64,000 nt of DNA from the NCBI GenBank assembly GCA_050949315.1, contig JBMNFL010000001.1:947444-1011443 (forward strand). Reading direction: 5' to 3'. Under the pieces are notes generated by a model. The model ran no database searches and was not told where the DNA came from. It worked only from the letters and a program-made list of their open reading frames with translations. How positions within the stretch are numbered: the stretch's first letter is position 1; every line of letters begins with the position of its first letter. The DNA comes from Bacilli bacterium. GTDB taxonomy: Bacteria > Bacillota_I > Bacilli_A > RFN20 > UBA1709. Positions 52,165-59,702 of the stretch are shown here, in pieces. The position numbers and the translations under genes were made by a program.

Positions 52165-53082
52165 TTAGGCTTTCTTTAAGCCAAGGATAACTCTAGCCTC
52201 ATCGGGTGTGGCGGGTTCAAAATCAAGTTCGCGCATCAGGCGTACCATTTTAGTGACTAATTCAGCATTGCTCTTGGCTAGAACGCCTTTAGCTAGATAG
52301 AGGTTGTCTTCTAGACCAACTCTAACATGACCGCCTAAGAAAAGGTTAGTGCAGCAGATGGGGAATTCCATTCTTCCCGCACCAAAGGCGGACCAATGAT
52401 AATTACCAACACCAAAGACCCGATCGGCTGTTTGCTTCATATGGACTAATTCATCAATATTAGCTTGAATTGCTCCATTGATGCCCATAACAAATTGAAG
52501 ATATGGTTTGCCGACAATATGTCCATTATCGAGTAACCATTTGACATTGTAAATATGGCCGACATCATAGCACTCAAGTTCGGGCTTCGTTCCGTTTTTG
52601 TTAAAGAAACGGAGCATATCCATCATTTGTTGGAAAGTGTTTTGGAAGATGGCGTTAGAAGTCCATTCTAACCAAGGCTTTTCCCAATCAAAGCGCCATT
52701 CTTTAATCTTATTAACTAAGGGGAATAAACCCCAGTTAATGGAACCAGCGTTCATGGAAGCTAGTTCGGGTTTTAAAGCGGGTATAACCGCCGCTCTTTG
52801 TTCAATGGTCATATCGAGTGAACCACCAGTGGTCAAACAGATGATAACATCTTTATTTTTAGATCTGATGGTGTTGACAATTTGTTCAAAAAGTTTTAAA
52901 TCGGCAGAGGGACGGCCATTTTTAGGATCCCGCGCGTGGATATGGACAACGGCGGCGCCGGCCTCGGCAGCATCTAAGGCTTCTTGAGCGATTTTTTCAG
53001 GTGTTAGTGGTAAATAAATAGATAGTGACGGTACATGGATTGAACCAGTAATAGCACAACTGACAATACGTTTATTCTTCAT
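52165..53082 (-). CDS. Beta-keto acid cleavage enzyme (BKACE/Kce, DUF849)
   Basis: CAITG, GAAVVHIHAR, PELAS, RVGLEDN, ATPDEAR. Confidence 0.92.
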   Translation of the reverse strand: MKNKRIVSCAITGSIHVPSLSIYLPLTPEKIAQEALDAAEAGAAVVHIHARDPKNGRPSADLKLFEQIVNTIRSKNKDVIICLTTGGSLDMTIEQRAAVIPALKPELASMNAGSINWGLFPLVNKIKEWRFDWEKPWLEWTSNAIFQNTFQQMMDMLRFFNKNGTKPELECYDVGHIYNVKWLLDNGHIVGKPYLQFVMGINGAIQANIDELVHMKQTADRVFGVGNYHWSAFGAGRMEFPICCTNLFLGGHVRVGLEDNLYLAKGVLAKSNAELVTKMVRLMRELDFEPATPDEARVILGLKKA

Positions 53083-53230
53083 AATATTCCTCCTTCTTAT
53101 ACTTTATATTTTAAGACTTATTTATTCTTATTTCAAGGGCTTCGCTTTATATCTTAAAGTTAAATATGTGATTGTAAGAAAGAGGCCAAGTCGTTATAAT
53201 TAAACTGATATGAAGTAAAGGAGCGATGTT

Positions 53231-53860
53231 ATGTTTCCCTTTTTAGCTATACAGGTAACCCACATTATCGGTATTATTATCGCCGCTGTTATTATTTTTG
53301 GTATTACCATTTATTTTATAACGGACAAGTATAAGAACAAAAAATTTATTGAAGATATTGAAAAACGTAAAGAGGCCCAAAGACTAGAAGAAGAAGAAAG
53401 AGAAGCCTTAGTTGCCGAATATCGTAAAAGTAAAAAAAGCGGTGAGGAGTTTCTTGATGAAGAAGCCAAAGAACAAGCGATCTCAAAGGCCGAAAAGAGA
53501 AGACCGGTAATTACGGCTTTAATTCAAAATGTGGTACCAATTGAAGACAGCGTTAAATTGAGTGATGAAGATGAAGAAAAATTAGTGGTTGTCGTTAAAG
53601 ACACTAAAGTTTATAGTCAGAAAATGAAGGAAGTTGTGGTAACGACAACTCAGTTAGGCGTCTTTGAAGATGGTGATATTGTTAATCCTTTAACCTTAAT
53701 TGAAAAAGGAATTATTTCTAAATATGGCCATTATTATTTAAAGATTCAGGCTAAAGGACCAATTAAGAAAGCTTTAAATGTTGAGGCTCACGACTATGAT
53801 AATTATGCTGCTAAAATGATCCTTCTAGCAGGTGGAACAGTAATAAAAGTAACAAAGTAA
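53231..53860 (+). CDS. Membrane-anchored protein with C-terminal uL15-like domain
   Basis: N-terminal TM, charged linker; C-terminus FEDG.IV.P...EKG...KI...G...K.L.V.AH...AGGT aligns with this genome's RplO C-domain. Confidence 0.8.
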   Translation: MFPFLAIQVTHIIGIIIAAVIIFGITIYFITDKYKNKKFIEDIEKRKEAQRLEEEEREALVAEYRKSKKSGEEFLDEEAKEQAISKAEKRRPVITALIQNVVPIEDSVKLSDEDEEKLVVVVKDTKVYSQKMKEVVVTTTQLGVFEDGDIVNPLTLIEKGIISKYGHYYLKIQAKGPIKKALNVEAHDYDNYAAKMILLAGGTVIKVTK

Positions 53861-53884
53861 AAGTTTTATAAAATTAGTGATGAT

Positions 53885-53909
53885 AAGGGGCAATATTTGC
53901 TCCTTTTTC
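53885..53909 (+). terminator. Terminator after uL15-like gene
   Basis: aaggggcaa-tat-ttgctcctt followed by T run. Confidence 0.65.
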
Positions 53910-54077
53910 ATAGTCCGAAATTTTGATAAAGAATTAAAATTAACCAAGGCTTATTACTTTTTTGAATGTTCTTCTTTTGCAAACATTTTAGTTAATAAAA
54001 AGATTTTTTTGAAAATTTATGGCAGAAAATGAAAAAAGATTGATAAGTGCTAAACTTTTTAAAATCAAATTTTTAGA

Positions 54078-54115
54078 TGAAAACGCTTAACAAAAGCGCT
54101 TACAAGTGCTATAAT
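54078..54115 (+). promoter_or_regulatory. Tandem cre-like sites overlapping the thiolase promoter
   Basis: TGAAAACGCTTAAC and CAAAAGCGCTTACA, then TGcTATAAT. Confidence 0.55.
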
Positions 54116-54177
54116 ACAAGTGTATTCGTAGCACAATAGTAGTGCAAAAAAAAGAAAAATGGAGGAAATTGAAAAAC

Positions 54178-55380
54178 ATGAAAAAAGTAGTTATCGTTTC
54201 TGCGTGTAGAACACCAATTGGTTCATACGGCGGCGCTCTTGCAAATGTCTCTGCCAGAACCTTGGGTGCCGTCGCTGCCGCTGAAGCCATCAAAAGAGCT
54301 GGCCTAAAACCAGAGCAAATCGAAGAAGTTTATATTGGTAACATTCTTGATGCTGGTAATGGCCAAAACGTCGCCCGTCAAATTATGATTGACGCTGGAG
54401 TTCCGTACGAAGTTCCAGCTATGACCATCAATATCGTTTGTGGTTCTGGCTTACGTGCTGTCTCGCTAGCGGCTCAATCAATTATTAGTGGCAATTCTGA
54501 AGTCGCTCTTGTTGGTGGTACTGAAAGTATGTCCAATACCCCTTACTTGCTACCAAAAGCTCGTTGGGGTGCTAGAATGGGAAATACTCCCTTAGTCGAT
54601 ATGATGATTTCTGATGGCTTAAGTGATATTTATAACGGCTGCCATATGGGAATTACCGCTGAAGAAGTTGCCAAACGCTGGGGTCTCACTAGAGAAGAAC
54701 AAGATGCCTTTGCTTGCAGTTCACAAAACAAAGCTGAAGCTGCTCAAAAAGCTGGCAAGTTTGAAGAGGAAATTGTTCCAGTCGTTATTAAGGGTAGAAA
54801 AGGCGACACTGTCGTTGATAAAGATGAATTTATCAAATATGGTGTTACCATGGAATCCTTAGCCAAAGCTAGACCGGCCTTTGCAGTTGGCAAATACAAA
54901 GATGTTTACAATGGTGGAACCGTTACCGCTGGTAATGCCTCTGGTATTAATGATGGCGCGGCTATGCTCGTTGTTATGTCCGAAGAAAAAGCCAAAGAAT
55001 TAGGCTGCCCAGTCTTAGCTGAAATTGTTTCTTGGGGTACCAAGGGTGTTGATCCCTTCATCATGGGTACTGGCCCAATCCCCGCAACTCGCCAAGCTTT
55101 AGAAAGAGCCGGTTGGAAGATTGAAGATGTTGATTTAGTTGAAGCTAACGAAGCCTTCGCATCTCAATCCTTAGCCGTTGGTAAAGAGTTGAATTTCGAT
55201 CCCGCAAAATTAAATGTCAATGGTGGTGCTATTGCCTTAGGTCACCCAATTGGCGCATCAGGTGCTCGTATTCTCGTCACTCTCTTATATGAAATGAAGA
55301 GAAGAAACGTCAAGAAAGGTTTAGCTACCCTTTGTATTGGCGGCGGAATGGGAACAGCCCTCTTAGTCAAACGTAAATAA
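54178..55380 (+). CDS. thlA: Acetyl-CoA C-acetyltransferase (thiolase)
   Basis: [28 protein letters not shown]. Confidence 0.95.
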   Translation: MKKVVIVSACRTPIGSYGGALANVSARTLGAVAAAEAIKRAGLKPEQIEEVYIGNILDAGNGQNVARQIMIDAGVPYEVPAMTINIVCGSGLRAVSLAAQSIISGNSEVALVGGTESMSNTPYLLPKARWGARMGNTPLVDMMISDGLSDIYNGCHMGITAEEVAKRWGLTREEQDAFACSSQNKAEAAQKAGKFEEEIVPVVIKGRKGDTVVDKDEFIKYGVTMESLAKARPAFAVGKYKDVYNGGTVTAGNASGINDGAAMLVVMSEEKAKELGCPVLAEIVSWGTKGVDPFIMGTGPIPATRQALERAGWKIEDVDLVEANEAFASQSLAVGKELNFDPAKLNVNGGAIALGHPIGASGARILVTLLYEMKRRNVKKGLATLCIGGGMGTALLVKRK

Positions 55381-55389
55381 TAAAGTCTA

Positions 55390-55422
55390 AAAGTGAAGGG
55401 TGAGCACTACGCCCTTCACTTT
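55390..55422 (+). terminator. Terminator after thiolase
   Basis: aagtgaaggg...cccttcactt. Confidence 0.75.
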
Positions 55423-55528
55423 CTAGTTTTTGTTCTACGATACAATAATTAATTTTTAAAAATTAGATATTGGGCCAGAAAATTCTGGCTCATTTTCTTT
55501 TGTTAATAAAAAAACATCCTAGTGGATG

Positions 55529-56089
55529 TTAACAGTAAAATAAAAACTTTAGATAATTAAACAGCATGGCTGCTGTTGAACTTGAGGGGGTAATGATACC
55601 AAGGTCAACTGAAATTTCATAAAAGACATTTATAAACACATAAGTTAAAAGACCACCAGCTGCTGTCATCATAACAACAAAGATAACTCTTAAAACATTG
55701 TTCCGCAGAATTTTAATTAACGAGAGGTTAAGGGCAATATTAATTAAAGCTAGAAAAAAAGCAAAAATTGCGACTTCTAGGTTAAACATCATGCTATAAA
55801 TAACGGGCAAAAAAATGAGCCATTTAAAAAAAGCGGGAATTTTTGGGAAGAGTTCATATTCTTTGCCATCAATATAAAACTGAGGATAATCAAGTACATT
55901 GACAACCACAGCGATTATACGTTCACGATTGAGATTGGGATCATAATAGGAATATTGGCCACGTCTTTTATCAATTAAAGTTGCGGGTTCTCCGTTGGCA
56001 TAAATTTTTTTTACGCCCCAGAATAAACCGGCGACAATATTAATGTCAATTCCTCTTTCAATAGGTGGATATTTAAAGCCTATTCTCAC
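55529..56089 (-). CDS. Hypothetical membrane protein
   Basis: Soluble N-terminus followed by about 3 hydrophobic segments; AAGGA SD before GTG. Confidence 0.65.
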   Translation of the reverse strand: MRIGFKYPPIERGIDINIVAGLFWGVKKIYANGEPATLIDKRRGQYSYYDPNLNRERIIAVVVNVLDYPQFYIDGKEYELFPKIPAFFKWLIFLPVIYSMMFNLEVAIFAFFLALINIALNLSLIKILRNNVLRVIFVVMMTAAGGLLTYVFINVFYEISVDLGIITPSSSTAAMLFNYLKFLFYC

Positions 56090-56120
56090 GTTTTAACATC
56101 CTTTCAAATAAATCGGTATA

Positions 56121-56149
56121 AGTATAACATAAGCCAAAATAAAAGACTA
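56121..56149 (-). promoter_or_regulatory. sigmaA promoter of the 56089 gene; its -35 and spacer lie inside the IS target duplication
   Basis: TAGTCT-N17-TATACT with TG extension. Confidence 0.6.
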
Positions 56150-56152
56150 GTA
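56128..56152 (+). repeat. 25-bp target-site duplication, left copy (IS type B)
   Basis: CATAAGCCAAAATAAAAGACTAGTA, identical to 57273-57297. Confidence 0.95.
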
Positions 56153-57272
56153 TGTTTAATATCAAATGATGTGAGACAAAATTAATAAAAAAAAGTAGGC
56201 ATCTTATCTATAATGAAGTTGAACCAATATAGAAGGAGATGCCCATGGATATTTTAACACAAGAAAGAAATTATATACCAGTAGATATTGAAACAAAATT
56301 ACACGCCTGCTTAAGGAGGACGGTTTCGTCCTGGCCAATAAGAAAAATTCTATCTTTTTATCACGTTAAAAGGAGTTCGTTATATCGTTGGTTAAAGCGA
56401 TTTGATGGAAGTAAAGAATCGTTATTAAATCGATCACATAGGCCTTTATCGGATCATCCTAATAAATTAAAAGCGAATATTGTTAAGAGAATACTAGATC
56501 TCCACAGAAGAAATCCTGATCAATCATTTGTTGAAATATGGGTTAGATTAAAACATGATGGTATAGATATCTCGCCATCTAGTGTTCTAAGAACCTTTAA
56601 AAGAAATGAAGAATTTGTTCCCTACAAACCAAATCCTAAAAAGCATGACAAACAATACCATACGCCCAAAATGGTTCATGAAAAATGGCAAATGGATGTT
56701 AAATATGTTCCCAAAGAATGCAAAATTGATAGTTTGGAAGGTCGATTTTATCAATACACTATCTTAGATGAATGTTCACGAAAAAGAGTTCTTTATTTCA
56801 CGGCCGAACATTCAATGTATGAAAGTGTTCAGGCTTTGATCTTCGCTTATAAGAAAATAGGTTGTTTTCCAAAGGAAATTCAAACAGACAATGGTGTGGA
56901 ATTCACTGATAAAGTTCGCCGCAAAAATAAGGGCGTGAATGTTAGAAAATATGAAAACTATTTAGAAAGATTTTGTAGAACAAACCATATAAATCATCAC
57001 TTGATAAGGCCTAGAACCCCCCAACATAATGGTAAGGTAGAAAGAAGTCATCGAATTGATCAAGATAAATTCTATAAACATTTAAAATTTTATTCCCTCG
57101 ATGATCTTAGATATCAAGGTAAATTATGGAACAAAAGATACAACAATTTACCTAAGCTTGTTCTTAAATTTAAAACACCTAATGAAGTGGAACTTGAAAA
57201 GTTAATTGAATTGGTTCAAACTACTGGTGAGATAAGATGTAAGAAACGTCTCACATCATTTGCAACCTAACA
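56153..57272 (+). mobile_element. IS481/IS1202-like element, type B (1120 bp)
   Basis: TGT...ACA ends; 25-bp imperfect IRs sharing CAAATGATGTGAGAC; 25-bp direct repeats. Confidence 0.93.
56245..57270 (+). CDS. DDE transposase, IS481-like
   Basis: WQMDVK / QTDNGVEF / NGKVER; HTH SSLYRW; stop inside right IR; start may be 56239. Confidence 0.92.
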   Translation: MDILTQERNYIPVDIETKLHACLRRTVSSWPIRKILSFYHVKRSSLYRWLKRFDGSKESLLNRSHRPLSDHPNKLKANIVKRILDLHRRNPDQSFVEIWVRLKHDGIDISPSSVLRTFKRNEEFVPYKPNPKKHDKQYHTPKMVHEKWQMDVKYVPKECKIDSLEGRFYQYTILDECSRKRVLYFTAEHSMYESVQALIFAYKKIGCFPKEIQTDNGVEFTDKVRRKNKGVNVRKYENYLERFCRTNHINHHLIRPRTPQHNGKVERSHRIDQDKFYKHLKFYSLDDLRYQGKLWNKRYNNLPKLVLKFKTPNEVELEKLIELVQTTGEIRCKKRLTSFAT

Positions 57273-57297
57273 CATAAGCCAAAATAAAAGACTAGTA
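57273..57297 (+). repeat. 25-bp target-site duplication, right copy (IS type B)
   Basis: Identical to 56128-56152. Confidence 0.95.
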
Positions 57298-57356
57298 ATA
57301 ATTGAAACCACCTTAAGAAAATTGTATAATGGTCTAAGTGTTAATAAGGAGGCCCT

Positions 57357-57896
57357 ATGGAGTTTGCTCATCCCCTACAAAGAATTTTTGCTTGGCTGGT
57401 TGATTTAGCAGTTCTTTTTGCTCTAATCTTACTTATTCATTCGCTTTTCTATAATCCTGAGGCGGATAATGCGGTTAAGCAACTATTTTTAGATTTCGTT
57501 ACTTTTAAACTCACTTTTTCTTCTTGGGTTCATTATTTTACGATTATGAGCAATGACCGTAGTTTAATGTTTTTTATCTCGGCCGTTCTTATCTACACCT
57601 TTTTTTATGTAATTATTCCCTGTTTAACTAACGGTTATACTATTGGTAAGATTTTCTTCCAAATTAGGGTTGTTAAATTAAATGAGAAAAAGATGTCCTT
57701 TGGAACCATGTTCTTACGGCAAATTTTGGGAAGTTTGGTTCTGGGCTTTTTCTCACTAGGGATAACTTATATAATTTCTGGCTTTTCAATTTTCTATGCT
57801 AAAGGTCTCCGCTCTATTCAAGACCGGATGTGCAACACCTTAGTAGTTAAGGATAATCCTTTAAGAAGAAAAGTTCCTTATACGGAACGCGCTTAA
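57357..57896 (+). CDS. RDD family membrane protein
   Basis: QRIFAWLVD, GYTIGK...IRVV, RSIQDRMCNTLVV. Confidence 0.88.
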   Translation: MEFAHPLQRIFAWLVDLAVLFALILLIHSLFYNPEADNAVKQLFLDFVTFKLTFSSWVHYFTIMSNDRSLMFFISAVLIYTFFYVIIPCLTNGYTIGKIFFQIRVVKLNEKKMSFGTMFLRQILGSLVLGFFSLGITYIISGFSIFYAKGLRSIQDRMCNTLVVKDNPLRRKVPYTERA

Positions 57897-57938
57897 AAAT
57901 AAATTATTTATTACTACGTTAAAAAAAGGGGATTATTA

Positions 57939-58451
57939 TTAATCCCCGTTTTCAATATTAAAAGGGTCTTTGGCTAGTTTGTCTTTTATGTCATCGTAGA
58001 TTTCAACCGGAACAAATTTAGAGAAATTACGATTGAAAGAGGCCAGTTCTTTAACGGCGGAACTTGAGATGTATAGGGAAGTGACATCTGGCATCAAGAT
58101 TACCGTCTCAATAGTGCGATTTATTTTGTGATTGAAATAATATTGGGCAATTTCAGCATCAAAATCTCTGGCATTGCGCACGCCGCGTATCATCGCAACA
58201 GCGCCTTTTTTAATGGCATAGTTGATGGCCATGCCCTCGTAAGAATCGGCTTCAATGTTGGGATATTTGGCCGTTACTTTTTTAAGCATGGCCAAACGCT
58301 CCTCGCTGGTAAAAAGGGAATTTGGTTTATTGCTATTAATACAAACAACCACATAAACCTGATCAAAAAGTTTTGAAGCTTTTTGCATAATTTCCTCATG
58401 ACCCCGAGTGATGGGATCAAAACTCCCTGGATAGATTGCAATTTTAGGCAT
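57939..58451 (-). CDS. coaD: Pantetheine-phosphate adenylyltransferase
   Basis: AIYPGSFDPITRGH, IRGVR, ISSSAVKE. Confidence 0.96.
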   Translation of the reverse strand: MPKIAIYPGSFDPITRGHEEIMQKASKLFDQVYVVVCINSNKPNSLFTSEERLAMLKKVTAKYPNIEADSYEGMAINYAIKKGAVAMIRGVRNARDFDAEIAQYYFNHKINRTIETVILMPDVTSLYISSSAVKELASFNRNFSKFVPVEIYDDIKDKLAKDPFNIENGD

Positions 58452-58542
58452 AATTGTTTTCCTCCACTGATATTAGTATAATACGCTTATTTTGCGGATA
58501 TTGCGACCTTTTTTTATTTTTTGTAATATTTCGCCCTTATTT

Positions 58543-58571
58543 TTTATAAATAATTGTTTTATTCTTGTCAA
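58543..58571 (-). promoter_or_regulatory. Near-consensus sigmaA promoter facing coaD; its -35 and spacer lie inside the IS target duplication
   Basis: TTGACA-N17-TATAAA. Confidence 0.65.
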
Positions 58572-58575
58572 AAGA
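58551..58575 (+). repeat. 25-bp target-site duplication, left copy (IS type A copy 2)
   Basis: TAATTGTTTTATTCTTGTCAAAAGA, identical to 59620-59644. Confidence 0.95.
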
Positions 58576-59619
58576 TGTAGTGTGATAAAACATATGTTAC
58601 AGAAATAAATAAAAAAAGAGAGAGACTCTGGTACAATAAGTTTATCCAAAAAAAGGTACCGAAAGGAGCTCTCTCATGACTAGTATAACCGAAGAAATGC
58701 GCTTTCGCCAGAAAATGTGTGAATATGCGCTCAAAAATGGTGTAACAAGAGCCGCAAGGCGTTATCACACCAACCGTCAGTTTGTTTATAGGCAATTAAA
58801 CAAATATGATGGGGACATCAGAAGTCTTGCCTTACGCTCAAGAAGACCCCTGACTAGTCCAAATGCTCATACAGATGATGAGCTGTCGCTAATTAAGCGA
58901 ATGTTAAGAAGAAATGGTGTTTATGGATTGGCAGAAGTATATGTTCGATGTTGTCAAAAAGGGTATAAAAGAAGTTTTGGGAGTATGTGTCGACAAATAC
59001 GAAAAAAGGGTTATAAAACCCCGGAAATTCATCGTAAGAGTTATACAAAATACGAAAGATTGGACGGAAAATATCCTGGAGACAAGGTGCAGATAGATAT
59101 AAAGTATGTTCCCCTTGAATGCATAAAATTCCCAACATATGGAGACAGATATTATCAAATCACTGGAATTGATGAGTTTAGTCGCAAAAGAATTCTCTGT
59201 ATAGTCAAAGAGAAGAGTACGTACGAAACGACAAAATATCTTAAAAGCCTAGAAAAAGCCATGGGATTTCCAATTAATATGATACAAGTGGACAACGGAG
59301 CCGAATTTGTAAATGATGATGATCGTACTAATAAAACGAGTATATTTGAACTGATGGCCAATAAGTTAGGAATAAAATTAAAAAGGACGAGACCTTATTC
59401 ACCGTGGCAGAACGGAAAAGTTGAAAGAAGTCATAGAGAAGATGGAAAAATTCTGTATGGGCGAAAAATCTTTATTAGCGAGAAAGAACTTAGACAACAA
59501 GTAGCTAAACACGAGCAGCGATATAACAATACAGCTAAAACATGTCTTAACTTTAAAAGCCCTAATCAAGTTGTAACAGAATATTTCTCAAAGTGTAACA
59601 TATGTCTTGACAATTAAGA
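58576..59619 (+). mobile_element. IS481/IS1202-like element, type A copy 2 (1044 bp)
   Basis: Same IRs, length and protein as 12503-13546, in inverted orientation; 25-bp direct repeats. Confidence 0.94.
58676..59617 (+). CDS. DDE transposase, IS481-like
   Basis: Identical protein to 12505-13446. Confidence 0.93.
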   Translation: MTSITEEMRFRQKMCEYALKNGVTRAARRYHTNRQFVYRQLNKYDGDIRSLALRSRRPLTSPNAHTDDELSLIKRMLRRNGVYGLAEVYVRCCQKGYKRSFGSMCRQIRKKGYKTPEIHRKSYTKYERLDGKYPGDKVQIDIKYVPLECIKFPTYGDRYYQITGIDEFSRKRILCIVKEKSTYETTKYLKSLEKAMGFPINMIQVDNGAEFVNDDDRTNKTSIFELMANKLGIKLKRTRPYSPWQNGKVERSHREDGKILYGRKIFISEKELRQQVAKHEQRYNNTAKTCLNFKSPNQVVTEYFSKCNICLDN

Positions 59620-59644
59620 TAATTGTTTTATTCTTGTCAAAAGA
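59620..59644 (+). repeat. 25-bp target-site duplication, right copy (IS type A copy 2)
   Basis: Identical to 58551-58575. Confidence 0.95.
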
Positions 59645-59702
59645 AGGCTTTTTTTATTAGTCACTTTTGTTGTATAATTTATTAGATAGGGAGGTGAATT
59701 TT

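Noticed and set aside
12503-59619. Composite transposon or past inversion bounded by the two type A copies
   Set aside because: Copy 2 keeps its own matched duplication and the outer flanks do not match each other; the enclosed DNA is core genome.
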